From the NCBI GenBank assembly GCA_963745035.1, contig CAVUVW010000017.1, forward strand, positions 32,001 to 96,000: a stretch of DNA of 64,000 nucleotides. Direction: 5' to 3'. Below the pieces are notes generated by a model. It did no database searches, was not told where the DNA came from, and saw only the letters and a program-made list of their open reading frames with translations. The DNA comes from an uncultured delta proteobacterium. GTDB lineage: Bacteria; Desulfobacterota; Binatia; UBA9968. Of this stretch, positions 29,931-40,217 are shown piece after piece. Both the position numbers and the translations under genes were made by a program. The stretch's first letter is position 1. Every line of letters starts with the position of its first letter.

Positions 29931-30797
29931 TCACGGATAGCTCTTTTGCAGCCACCACTCGGCGATTTCGATACGGCGGGCGAACCACACTTTGGGAAAG
30001 CCCTTGGCGTACTGGATGAACTCGTCGATGATCTTGGTGCGGAACGGCACACCCGAGACAAACGGGTGCATATTGAAAGCGAAGTATTTCGGCGCGCCTT
30101 GCTCCCCCTCCCAATAAAGGTAGTCGAACTGGTCCTTCATGATCTGCAAGAGATCTCTCGGCGTTCGCCCGGTGCCGTACGTGGAGTAGTCGTTACACCC
30201 CGGCACGTTGTAAGGAACGACGACCACCTTTCGACCGCGAGCCTCGACGATATAGGGAATGTCGCTGTTGAGTGGATCCGCCCACCAAACAAAGCCGGCC
30301 TCGGCAACCAGGTCCAGTGTGTTCGGCGTCGATGCGTGTCCCGGCGAGAGATATCCGGTGGGCTTTTGCCCCAGGGTTTTTTCAAACGCCGCCACGGTTT
30401 TTTGGATCGACTCCCGCTCCTGCTCCTTGGTGTACATGAACGAGTATTCATGCTCATAGCTCTCGGACGAGAATTCATGGCCTTTGGCCTTGAACTCTTT
30501 GCAAGCATCGGCGAATTGCTCGACCTTCAAGCCGTTCATGAGAAAAGTTACCTTGAGGTTATGCCGGTCGAAGAGTTCGGAAAGCCGCCAGATACCGGCC
30601 CGGTCGCCATATTCCCGCTCGGTGATCAGCGCCATGTTCTGCTTGAACACCGCCTTGGGTGGCGGAATCGTGGCGCCGCCTTGGCGCTGCAGCGATTCGT
30701 GGGAGGCGAAGTTCTCCGGCCAAACTTCCCACGGCACGATGAAGGTCACACAGATTTTGGCTTTGTCCGGCCATTCTATCGCTCCTGGTCTGCCCAT
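29931..30797 (-). CDS. Polysaccharide deacetylase family (PuuE-like) protein
   Basis: EYGDRAGIWRL, GYLSPG, DQFDYLYWEG, MHPFVSG. Confidence 0.85.
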   Translation of the reverse strand: MGRPGAIEWPDKAKICVTFIVPWEVWPENFASHESLQRQGGATIPPPKAVFKQNMALITEREYGDRAGIWRLSELFDRHNLKVTFLMNGLKVEQFADACKEFKAKGHEFSSESYEHEYSFMYTKEQERESIQKTVAAFEKTLGQKPTGYLSPGHASTPNTLDLVAEAGFVWWADPLNSDIPYIVEARGRKVVVVPYNVPGCNDYSTYGTGRTPRDLLQIMKDQFDYLYWEGEQGAPKYFAFNMHPFVSGVPFRTKIIDEFIQYAKGFPKVWFARRIEIAEWWLQKSYP

Positions 30798-31000
30798 GTT
30801 ATCTCCTCTTCCTTACGGATTTTTGACTACAAAGAACGCGGAAAATTACAAGATTGATCACAGCAGGTAGCGCACGCCGCAGATATATTGCACGCGGCGC
30901 AGATCGTCAAGTGTCTCGAGACGCCAACCGCAATGTTGCTGCGCCGCTCAACTTGACATCCGCGGCGTGCGCATCTAAACATTGATCGCTGCAGGTCCGG

Positions 31001-31972
31001 ATGATCACCAGAACACTTTCACTGGCCCTTTTCCTGCTTGTCGTTCTTACTTCCCATGCGCGCGGACAATCAGCGCTGGAAAAAATCGTCATCACCTACC
31101 CGAGCCGCAGCATCGCGTCGGTCGATCTGTATATTGCGCAGGAACGCGGCTTCTTTCGTCAAGAAAATTTGCTAGCCGAGGTAGTGCAAGTTCGGGGCAA
31201 TATTGGCGTGACGGCGCTTTTGAGCGGCGACGCCCATGCGATCAACAACGTGGGCACGATCATTCGCGCCATGGAACGCACCGATATTCCCGCCAAAGTC
31301 GTTACGCAAAGTTTGAAAAAAAATCTCTTTTGGCTCGTCACCAAACCGGAAGTGAAATCGCTTGGCGAGCTCAAAGGCAAGGTCTTCGGCACGACAACTT
31401 TAGGCGGCTCGCAGCACCTCGCCGCCGTTCGCCTCCTGCAAAAGGCTGGGCTGGATCCGGACAAGGACATCACCGTGGTGATAGGGGGCGATGTTCCCGC
31501 GCAGTTGCAGAGTCTGGTCAGCGGGGTCATCCATCTCGCCGCCCTGTCACCGCCTACCGTGATTTTGGCAAGAGATAAATTCAAGTTGAGAATTCACGGC
31601 AGCACGCTCGATGATTTGCCCAACCTGCAGAACGGTCTCGCCTTCTCGGAGAAAATGCTGCGCGAGCGGCGTGATCTGACGAAGCGTATCTTGCGGGCAC
31701 GCTCGCGCGCGCACCGTTACTTTTGGGAAAACGAGCATGGCACCGCCGAAGTGCTGGCAAATTATCTCAAAGTCGACATGGCCGTCGCTCTCGAATCCTA
31801 CCGTCTCGCCCGGCCTGCCTTTACGGCCAACGGTATTCCTACCGACAAAGAGGTCGAAGACTTTTTGCGTGCCGATGCCGACGTGCTTAAACTTCGTGAG
31901 CCGGTCCCGGCATCGAAAATTTTCGATTTCAGCCTGCAAAGAGAAGTGAATCAAGAATTGGGCATCAGATAA
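31001..31972 (+). CDS. ABC substrate-binding protein (NMT1/SsuA-like)
   Basis: Signal peptide; IAQERGFF, ELKGKVFG, GLDPDKD. Confidence 0.85.
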   Translation: MITRTLSLALFLLVVLTSHARGQSALEKIVITYPSRSIASVDLYIAQERGFFRQENLLAEVVQVRGNIGVTALLSGDAHAINNVGTIIRAMERTDIPAKVVTQSLKKNLFWLVTKPEVKSLGELKGKVFGTTTLGGSQHLAAVRLLQKAGLDPDKDITVVIGGDVPAQLQSLVSGVIHLAALSPPTVILARDKFKLRIHGSTLDDLPNLQNGLAFSEKMLRERRDLTKRILRARSRAHRYFWENEHGTAEVLANYLKVDMAVALESYRLARPAFTANGIPTDKEVEDFLRADADVLKLREPVPASKIFDFSLQREVNQELGIR

Positions 31973-32024
31973 CGCCATACACCCACCTAATGTAATTTTC
32001 AGCTAGATCTCAGGAGGACAAGCG

Positions 32025-32975
32025 ATGAACATACTCGTTACCGGAGCCGGCCTGATCGGCGCCAATGCCGCGCGCCATGCCGTCGAAGCCGGCCACAAAG
32101 TCGTTCTTTTCGATCTGTCGCCCAATCGCGATTACATCCAGAAAGTCGTCGGCAAAGACAAGGCCGATGTGGTCGCCGCCGACATGCGCGATCTGCCCGC
32201 GCTCCTGAGCGCGCTGGAAAAATTCAACATCGACACGATGGTCCACACCGCCGGCTTGATCGGCGGGCGCGTCCAGGAAAACTCTTACACCGGCGCGACC
32301 AACAATATTTTGGGAACGATCAACGTTTTGGAGGCGTCGCGCTTACGCAAGCTCAAACGGGTCGTTTACGTGAGCACCTTCGGCGTCTACGAACGCGGCA
32401 AGATCAACGACGGTGCGATCTGCGAATCTCACCCGATCGGCGGGCACAACCTGTACGCCGCCACGAAAGTCTGCTCCGAGCATCTGGTTCACGCCTACGC
32501 GGGCATGTACAACCTCGATACCATCATCATTCGCCCGGGCGGCGTCTTCGGGCGCGGTTTTTACGTCGGCGGCTCCACCGTCGGCATGGTCATGCGCGAT
32601 CTCGCGCTGCGCATGATCAAAGGCGACCCGATCAGCATCGACGCCAAAACCTACGGCCCCAACGAGTACGTCTACGGCAAGGACGTCGGCTTGGCGCTCT
32701 TTCTCGCGTGCCAAGCGCACAATCCCAAGCAGCGCATCTACAACGCCGGAACCGGCGTCGTTTACGGTCCGGAGAAGCTTGCGGAGGTCGTCAAGGAGCT
32801 TACGCCCAAGGTCGACGTCAAGGTCAGCGGCGCGAGCGGCGCGGACAAGAGCCGCAGTATCCCGATGGATATCAGCGTCTCCAAAGCCGAGCTGGGATAT
32901 GCGCCGAAGTTTTCGTTGCACGAAGCGTTGCGCGATTATATGGACGAGCTGTGGGCCGACGGAGCGAGGCCATAG
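32025..32975 (+). CDS. NAD-dependent epimerase/dehydratase
   Basis: ILVTGAGLIG, YAATK (YxxxK). Confidence 0.9.
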   Translation: MNILVTGAGLIGANAARHAVEAGHKVVLFDLSPNRDYIQKVVGKDKADVVAADMRDLPALLSALEKFNIDTMVHTAGLIGGRVQENSYTGATNNILGTINVLEASRLRKLKRVVYVSTFGVYERGKINDGAICESHPIGGHNLYAATKVCSEHLVHAYAGMYNLDTIIIRPGGVFGRGFYVGGSTVGMVMRDLALRMIKGDPISIDAKTYGPNEYVYGKDVGLALFLACQAHNPKQRIYNAGTGVVYGPEKLAEVVKELTPKVDVKVSGASGADKSRSIPMDISVSKAELGYAPKFSLHEALRDYMDELWADGARP

Positions 32976-33032
32976 CGACGGCGCAAGCTCGTCAGGCGCG
33001 ACGAGGCATTGGCGTGTAAAGTGCTGCGGCGG

Positions 33033-33743
33033 TTAGTCCGCGAAGCGAAAACGGATCATGTAATACAATGCCGCGAGGCCGTCTTTCCAGGTGATTTTTT
33101 TCCCTTCCTCGTAGGTTCGGCCGTGGTAGGAAATCGGCACTTCGTAGAAGCGGCAGCCTTTCTTCGCGAGCTTCACCGTGATCTCCGGCTCGAAGCCGAA
33201 GCGCTTGGACTTGAGCTCGATCCCCTTCAAGGCCTCGGCCCGAAAGACTTTGTAGCCGACTTCCATGTCGGAAAGGTTGAGATTGGTCAGCATATTGGAC
33301 AGCAGGGTAAGCATGCGATTGCCCATCGAGTGCCAGAAGAACAGCACGCGATGAGCGCCGCCGCCGGCGAACCGCGTGCCGTAAACCACGTCGGCCAGAC
33401 CCGTTTGAATCGGTTCGAGCAAGCTCGGGTAATCTTTGGGATCGTATTCGAGATCGGCGTCCTGAATGATGACGATATCCCCGGTCGCATGGCCGAGGGC
33501 CGTTTTCAGGGCCGCGCCCTTGCCTTCATTTTGCGGCTGAAAAAAAACCCGGATCTGGTTGGCCGCATCGGCGGCGCGGCGATTTTCCTCCTCCAGGCGA
33601 GTGAGGATCTCCCGGCTTCGATCCTTGGAGCCGTCGTCTACGAAGATAATTTCTTTCGCCATGGGTGCGGCGCATACGCGCCGGACGATTTCATCCAGCG
33701 TGCGCTCCTCGTTGTAGACCGGCACCAGAACGGAGAGCTTCAC
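33033..33743 (-). CDS. Glycosyltransferase family 2 (DPM-synthase-like)
   Basis: [26 protein letters not shown]; GTG start 33743. Confidence 0.93.
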   Translation of the reverse strand: MKLSVLVPVYNEERTLDEIVRRVCAAPMAKEIIFVDDGSKDRSREILTRLEEENRRAADAANQIRVFFQPQNEGKGAALKTALGHATGDIVIIQDADLEYDPKDYPSLLEPIQTGLADVVYGTRFAGGGAHRVLFFWHSMGNRMLTLLSNMLTNLNLSDMEVGYKVFRAEALKGIELKSKRFGFEPEITVKLAKKGCRFYEVPISYHGRTYEEGKKITWKDGLAALYYMIRFRFAD

Positions 33744-34519
33744 TGTTCGAATTCGCGTTTCTTGAGTTCGCGCACAAAGGCGGCAAGCTTGGGGTCGGCG
33801 TTGACGGCCTCGTTGATCTTCGCCTGGAAATCGGCGGCGGCGCGTTCCAGAGGAGTCGTGTCCACGCGCAAACCGAGCCACTGGTTGAGGCGGAGCAAAA
33901 GGGCCAAAGTTCCGCGCGGATTGGGCGAGACCGAGAGATAGTGCGGCAGCGAGGCCCAAAGACTCAGGTGCGGTACGCCGGCGTCGCGGCACGCATCGGC
34001 CAACACGCCGACGATGCCCGTGGGACCTTGGTAACGGGACGGCACCAAATCGAGCTCGTCGATGAGCTTGGGGTCGGTGGAAAATCCGCTCAGGGGCACC
34101 GGTCGGGTGTACAGCACCTCGTCGAGATAGGCGCCCAGCGTGATCACCATTTCAACCTGGCACTCGCGCGTAAAGCGTAGCATGGTCTCGGTGAACGTGC
34201 GCCAGCGTAAATGCGGCTCCGCGCCGATGCCGATCACAAAATCCTTATCGATGCCGATGCCGGCGCCATGATAGAAATCATAGGAAGGCCAGTGGATCTC
34301 GCGAACCTTATTCTCGTTCAGGCGGACCACCGGGCGCTGCCGATAAAAGTCATAGAACTCTTCCGGGTCGATCGTCGCGAACTTCTTCGCCATGAGTTGA
34401 TCGACCAGATACCGCACGGCAGTCGTCGCCGACGCTCCGGCATCGCTCCATCCGGCGAACGACAAAACCAAAATCGGCTTGTTGAACGCCGGACGGTTGT
34501 CAAAGCTTAAGGCTTCCAT
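33740..34519 (-). CDS. PAC2 (proteasome assembly chaperone) family protein
   Basis: [37 protein letters not shown]. Confidence 0.88.
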   Translation of the reverse strand: MEALSFDNRPAFNKPILVLSFAGWSDAGASATTAVRYLVDQLMAKKFATIDPEEFYDFYRQRPVVRLNENKVREIHWPSYDFYHGAGIGIDKDFVIGIGAEPHLRWRTFTETMLRFTRECQVEMVITLGAYLDEVLYTRPVPLSGFSTDPKLIDELDLVPSRYQGPTGIVGVLADACRDAGVPHLSLWASLPHYLSVSPNPRGTLALLLRLNQWLGLRVDTTPLERAAADFQAKINEAVNADPKLAAFVRELKKREFEQ

Positions 34520-34696
34520 GATTTTTACAATGTAGCATATCTCCGGCGGATCGCTCCAGAGCAAAGAATGCAATACGGCGCGGTCGCCGGCGCGCACAGT
34601 CTAGGCGCGATCGCAACGGTTTGTTATCGATCGCAACGGTTTGTTATAGTGAGGCGCAATGAAAGCGCGTCCAATTCGGACTCGCTATCCGAGCCC

Positions 34697-35434
34697 ATGG
34701 TCAAGGAAAAGGTAGCTCTCATCACCGGCGGCGCGCGCGGCATCGCGCGCGCCGCCGCCTTGGATCTCGCGTCATCCGGCTGGTCGGTGGCTATCTGCTA
34801 CCGCACCAGCGCCAAAGAAGCCGATGAAGTGATAGACGCGGTGAAGCGGGCCGGGCGGCAAGGATTGGCGTTTCAGGCCGATGTCTCTCAAGCGGACGCA
34901 GCCGTTGATCTGGTTGGCCGAGTGCATCGTCAATGGGGCCGGATCGACGCGCTGGTCAACGGCGCCGGGCCCTATCACCGCGTTTCCTTGCTGCACGAGA
35001 CCAACGAGGGCTGGCACTCGATGTTCGACAACAACCTTCATCCGGTCTTTTATCTGACCCAGGCGGTGATCCCGATCATGACGGAACAAAAATGGGGCAG
35101 GATCGTTTCGTTCAGCATGGCCAATGCCGAACAGCTGATCGCCCAACCCCAGCTTACGGCGCACTATCTCAGTAAAGTCGCTTTGCTGGCCCTGTCGCGC
35201 TCCTTCGCCAAGCTGATTGCGCCGGACGGCATCACGATGAACTGTGTGTCGCCGGGATTTATCGATTCCGGCAGCGCGCCCGAGGGAGAGCTCGAGCGCA
35301 TGGTAAAATATATTCCCGCCGGCTATGCCGGCTCCGTGGACGACGCGGTCGGCGCCGTGCGTTTCTTGCTGTCGGACGAAGCTCGCTACGTCAACGGCGC
35401 GAACATTCAGGTGAGCGGCGCCTGGGGCGTGTAG
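34697..35434 (+). CDS. SDR family oxidoreductase
   Basis: TGGARGI, YLSK, PGFID. Confidence 0.9.
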   Translation: MVKEKVALITGGARGIARAAALDLASSGWSVAICYRTSAKEADEVIDAVKRAGRQGLAFQADVSQADAAVDLVGRVHRQWGRIDALVNGAGPYHRVSLLHETNEGWHSMFDNNLHPVFYLTQAVIPIMTEQKWGRIVSFSMANAEQLIAQPQLTAHYLSKVALLALSRSFAKLIAPDGITMNCVSPGFIDSGSAPEGELERMVKYIPAGYAGSVDDAVGAVRFLLSDEARYVNGANIQVSGAWGV

Positions 35435-35469
35435 GCGGCCATTGAACAGCGCGATACGTGAAGGGTCTC

Positions 35470-35955
35470 ATGGCAAACGCGAAAGATCAGGAACGCGCCT
35501 TGGAGTTGATCGAAACGGCGATGAAGCATCAAATGGCGCAGGAGTTCGCCGACGCGATTCGTCTGTACAAAGAATCCATCGCGCTCTACCCCACCGCGGA
35601 CGCGCACACCTATCTCGGCTGGGCTTATAGCTTTCTCGGCCGGCTGAACGAGGCCATCGCCGAGTGCGAAATCGCCATCGGCCTCGACCCCGAGTTCGGC
35701 AATCCGTACAACGACATCGGCGTCTATCTGATGCAGCAACAGCGCCTCGACGACGCGATTCCGTGGCTGGAGCGTGCCAAATCGGCCAAGCGCTATCAGC
35801 CGCGTCATTTTCCCTATATCAATCTCGGGCGGATTTATCTGAGCAAGGGCATGATCCAGAAGGCGCTCGAGGAATTCGCCGGCGCGCTGGAAATCAATCC
35901 GGACGACACCGACCTCGCCCAGCTCTTCGAAGAACTGAAAAACAAGCTCCAGTAG
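35470..35955 (+). CDS. TPR-repeat protein
   Basis: AHTYLGWAY, DPEFGNPYNDIG TPR helices. Confidence 0.88.
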   Translation: MANAKDQERALELIETAMKHQMAQEFADAIRLYKESIALYPTADAHTYLGWAYSFLGRLNEAIAECEIAIGLDPEFGNPYNDIGVYLMQQQRLDDAIPWLERAKSAKRYQPRHFPYINLGRIYLSKGMIQKALEEFAGALEINPDDTDLAQLFEELKNKLQ

Positions 35956-36055
35956 TCGTCACCAAACCGAAACGTCGCCGAAGGTTGCGAGCGACCCCTG
36001 CGGATACAGATTTTTCCGGCGTTCGTGACTTGCAACAGACGCTGATCCTTCGGGG

Positions 36056-37336
36056 CTATTTTACCGAAGCTACCGCGGCGTCGAAGATCTCGACCGCGAC
36101 CTTGGTTTCCTCCGGCGCCACGATCAGCGGCGGGCAGAAGCGCAAGGTGCTCTCGCCGCAGCTCAGCAGCAGCAAGCCTTTTTCAAAGCACTGCTGCATG
36201 ACGCGATCGCGCAGTTCGGCGTCCGGCGCGCGGCTGCCGTCGCTCTTTTCGAAGTCGACGCCGATCATCAAGCCCAGGCCGCGCACGTCGCCGATGACCG
36301 CGTGGCGGCCTTTGAGCGCGGTGAGCTGCTCTTTCAGAACCGCGCCGACGCGCGCGGCGTTTTCCACCAGCCCCTGTTCGAGCAGCTCGATGGTCGCCAG
36401 CGCCGCCGCGCATGCCACCGGATTGCCGCCGAACGTGCTGCCGTGCGCGGCGCGAGACCAGGTGCTGATCTCCGCGCGCGCGATCATGGCGCCGAGCGGC
36501 ATGCCGCTGGCGATGCCTTTGGCGGCGCAGAGAATATCCGGCTCGATGCTCCAGTGCTCGCAGGCGAACATCTTGCCGGTGCGGCCAAAACCGGACTGAA
36601 TTTCGTCCGCCACCAAGAGCATGCCGTGCTTGCGGCAAAGCTCCTGGAGCGTCGGCAAGAAATCCGGCGGCGGGACGATGTAACCGCCTTCGCCTTGGAT
36701 GGGCTCGACGAAGATCGCCGCCACCTCTTCCGGGCGCACTTCATGGCGAAAAATCGTTTTCTCCAATACGCTCACACAGTCCGTCCCGCCGTAAGGCAAA
36801 TGATGCACGCCGGGAATCAGCGGACCGAAATAGGCGCGATGCGAGGCACGGCTGGCGGTCAACGACAACGCACCGAGCGTGCGGCCGTGAAAGGCGCCGT
36901 GGAAAGCGATGAGATGCTGGCGCTTCGTATGGTGGCGCGCCAGTTTGATCGCCGCCTCGACGGTTTCAGTGCCCGAGTTGGTGAAAAACACCTTCTTCGG
37001 ACCGGCCCCGGGCGTCACTTGGGTCAATTTCTCCGCCAGCTCCACCATCGGTTCGTAGTAATAATCGCTGCCGCAGATGTGGAGAAATTTTTTGGCTTGG
37101 GCTTCGATCGCCGCGACCACCCGCGGATGGGAATGGCCGGTGCTCGCGACCGCGATGCCGGCCATGAAATCGAGGAACAAGTTGCCGTCCACGTCCTCGA
37201 CGACCATACCCTGTGCCTGCTTGACCACCAGCGGATAGACGCGCCCGTACGCCGGCGCGGTCACCCGATGATCGCGCTCGACGATCGCCTTTGCTTTCGG
37301 ACCCGGCAGCGCGGTTTTGATGTGGGGTGCCTTCAT
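36056..37336 (-). CDS. Class III PLP aminotransferase (4-aminobutyrate/acetylornithine-like)
   Basis: NSGTE, FHGRT, EPIQGEGG, DEIQSGFGRTG, AKG. Confidence 0.93.
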   Translation of the reverse strand: MKAPHIKTALPGPKAKAIVERDHRVTAPAYGRVYPLVVKQAQGMVVEDVDGNLFLDFMAGIAVASTGHSHPRVVAAIEAQAKKFLHICGSDYYYEPMVELAEKLTQVTPGAGPKKVFFTNSGTETVEAAIKLARHHTKRQHLIAFHGAFHGRTLGALSLTASRASHRAYFGPLIPGVHHLPYGGTDCVSVLEKTIFRHEVRPEEVAAIFVEPIQGEGGYIVPPPDFLPTLQELCRKHGMLLVADEIQSGFGRTGKMFACEHWSIEPDILCAAKGIASGMPLGAMIARAEISTWSRAAHGSTFGGNPVACAAALATIELLEQGLVENAARVGAVLKEQLTALKGRHAVIGDVRGLGLMIGVDFEKSDGSRAPDAELRDRVMQQCFEKGLLLLSCGESTLRFCPPLIVAPEETKVAVEIFDAAVASVK

Positions 37337-37395
37337 CCGTTTTCCGTTTCTACTTGCTAGTTGCTGGTTCTAGTCCGCGAACTGGGAACTAGAAA

Positions 37396-38886
37396 CTACT
37401 CTGCGTTATCGATCTGTGCCTTCTGCAACTTGCCGGAGTAGTCCACGTAGATCGACTTCCACTCGGTAAAAATGTCGTAGACCGTGGTACCGGCTTCGCG
37501 GTGACCGTTGCCGGTGTCTTTGACCCCGCCGAAAGGCAGATGAACTTCCGCGCCGATGGTCGGGCCGTTGACGTAGGTGATGCCCGCTTCGATGTCGCGC
37601 ATGGCGCGAAACGCGCGCGTCACATCCTGCGTGTAGATCGAGCTCGAAAGTCCATAGGCCGTGTTGTTCAACACGTCGATCGCTTCTTCGAAGCTTTCGA
37701 CTTCGATGACCGACAGCACCGGCCCGAAAATTTCCTCCTGGGCGATGCGCATGCCGGGTTTCACCTCGTCGAAGATTGTCGGCTCGAAGAAATAACCATC
37801 CTTACAGCCCGGCGCATCTGCGACCGAACCGCCGGTGAGCAGGCGCGCGCCCTCGCTTTTGCCGATCTCGATGTAGCTTTGAACTTTTTCCCGCGCCGCC
37901 TGGCTGATCAGCGGCCCGACGTCGACGCCCTCGTCCAGGCCGTCGCCGATCTTGAGCTTCTCCGCGCGCGCGACCAGCATGTCGGTGAGCGTTTTTCGCA
38001 CCCGTCGATGCGCGATCAACCGGCTGGTCGCCGTGCAGCGCTGGCCGGTGGTGCCGAAGGCGCCCCACAAAGCGCCCTCCGCGGCCAACGGCAGATCGGC
38101 GTCTTCCATCACGATCTGGGCGTTCTTGCCGCCGAGCTCGAGGGAAACGCGCTTGAGGTTTTGCCCGCAGACCGAAGCGATCTCCCGGCCGACCGCCGCC
38201 GAGCCGGTGAACGAAACCAGTTGGACCTGGGGATGGCGCACCAGCGCGGCGCCGACTTCTTCGCCGCGGCCGTGCACCAGGTTGACCACGCCCGGCGGCA
38301 CGCCGGCTTCGATCAAGATTTCCACCAGCCGCACGGCGGTGAGCGGCGTGTCCTCGGCCGGCTTGAGCACGACCGCGTTGCCGCAGAGCAGCGCCGGAAA
38401 CATTTTCCACGTCGGAATCGCCATGGGAAAATTCCACGGCGTGATGAGCGCGCAAACGCCCACCGGCATGCGCACGGACATGGCGAATTTATTCGGCAGC
38501 TCCGCCGGCGTCGTTTCGCCGAACAGCCGGCGCCCCTCGCCGGCGACGCAGAACGCGGTGTCGATCCCTTCCTGAACGTCGCCGCGGGTTTCTTTGAGCA
38601 CCTTGCCCATCTCGCGCGTCATGCCGCGGGCGATCTCTTCCTTGTGCTTGCGCAAGAGCTCGCCGGCGCGGTAAAGCATTTCGCCGCGCTTCGGCGCCGG
38701 CACCAGACGCCAAGATGCAAACGCCTTGCGCGCCGCTTGCACCGCCGCGTCCACGTCTTCCGGCCCGGACGCGGGAAACAAACCGACCAGATCATTATGG
38801 TTGGCGGGATTGCGGTTCTCGAAAGTCTTTCCCGATTTCGCCGCGCGCCAGTTTCCCTCGATATAATTTTTGAACTGATCCGCCAT
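37396..38886 (-). CDS. Aldehyde dehydrogenase
   Basis: PWNFP, FTGS, ELGGKN, GQRCT, EEIFGP. Confidence 0.95.
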   Translation of the reverse strand: MADQFKNYIEGNWRAAKSGKTFENRNPANHNDLVGLFPASGPEDVDAAVQAARKAFASWRLVPAPKRGEMLYRAGELLRKHKEEIARGMTREMGKVLKETRGDVQEGIDTAFCVAGEGRRLFGETTPAELPNKFAMSVRMPVGVCALITPWNFPMAIPTWKMFPALLCGNAVVLKPAEDTPLTAVRLVEILIEAGVPPGVVNLVHGRGEEVGAALVRHPQVQLVSFTGSAAVGREIASVCGQNLKRVSLELGGKNAQIVMEDADLPLAAEGALWGAFGTTGQRCTATSRLIAHRRVRKTLTDMLVARAEKLKIGDGLDEGVDVGPLISQAAREKVQSYIEIGKSEGARLLTGGSVADAPGCKDGYFFEPTIFDEVKPGMRIAQEEIFGPVLSVIEVESFEEAIDVLNNTAYGLSSSIYTQDVTRAFRAMRDIEAGITYVNGPTIGAEVHLPFGGVKDTGNGHREAGTTVYDIFTEWKSIYVDYSGKLQKAQIDNAE

Positions 38887-39132
38887 GATCGCTCACCTCG
38901 ATTTTTACCGTGGCCCAGTCGAGCCGCGCAGACGGAATTATTCTAATGGCCGAGGCGTGCGAACACAATCATGTTACTTGGCGCGATAGCCGGTTGCTTG
39001 AAAGAAAATACGTGCTAGTCGTAGGCGTTAATTGATTTTCTACATTCGATCGGCTAGCGTCGGGCGACTTTGCGCCCGTTCAGCCCCCTCGAATGGCAGT
39101 TAAAACCCAGCGCAATCCAAAAGGAGAAAACC

Positions 39133-40156
39133 ATGAGACCGATTGTTTGGGCATTAGCCGCGATTTTAAGCTTCGGCGGCGCCGCCCGCGCCGCCAGCGT
39201 CGAAGAGTTTTACAAAGGCAAGAACGTGAGAATCGTCGTCGGATTTTCCGCCGGTGGCGGCTTCGATACCTACGCCCGCGCGCTCGCGCGCCACATGGGC
39301 AAGCACATTCCCGGGTTCACCCACCGTCGTAGTCGAAAACATGACCGGCGCGGGCAGCCTGATCGCCGCCAATCATGTTTTCAAAGTCGCCAAACCCGAC
39401 GGCCTGACCATTGGCCATTTCATCGGCGGCTTGTTTTTGGGCCAGGTTCTCGGCCAGCCCGGCATCGAGTTCGATGCCCGCAAGTTTGAATTTATCGGCG
39501 CGCCGATCAGCGATCACGTCGTCTGCGCCATGACCAAGGCGAGCGGCATCACCAGCATGGATCGATGGATGGCGTCGAAGACTCCGGTCAAAATGGGCGG
39601 CATCGCCCCCGGCACTTCGACCCCCGACAACGCCACGCGCATTTTGAAGGCGGCGCTCGGCTTGCCGATCCAACTGGTCACCGGCTACAAAGGCACCGCG
39701 GAAGTGCGCTTGGCCGCGGAGGGCGGCGAGGTGGCCGGCGGCTGCTGGGGCTGGGACTCGGTCAGCGTGACCTGGCGCAAGGCGCTCGACAGCGGCGAAG
39801 CCGTGGTCGTGCTCCAGGCCAACCGCAAAACCCATCCTGAACTGGCCAACGTTCCGCAAGCGATCAAATTCGCCAAGACCGAAGAGGGCCGCAAGATGAT
39901 CGACGTCGGCATCCACGGCGACAGCGACATCGTGCGCACCTACACCCTGCCGCCCGGCACGCCGAAGGATCGCGTGCAGGCGCTGCGCGCCGCATTCGCC
40001 GCCACGCTCAAGGATCCGGAATTTGTCGCCGACGCGAAAAAGTCCCGGCTCAACATCGGGCCGATCCCGGTCGAGGACATCGAGAAAGACATCGCCGGTC
40101 TGTTCAAGCTCGATCCCGCCCTGGTCGGCAAGCTCAAAGATGTTCTTTACAACTAG
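39133..40156 (+). CDS. Tripartite tricarboxylate transporter substrate-binding protein; frameshift near 39320
   Basis: VGFSAGGGFD, ENMTGAG, PDGLT, GYKG, PPGTP. Confidence 0.88.
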
Positions 40157-40217
40157 GGGAATCGCTGATATTTAGCCGCGATCGTTGTCCGGCCTGGGCT
40201 GGAGGTTTTGCGTCGTC

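Noticed and set aside
30988-31010. SRP RNA-like CAGGTCCGGA
   Set aside because: Lacks the following AGGAAGCAGC and overlaps the SBP start codon.
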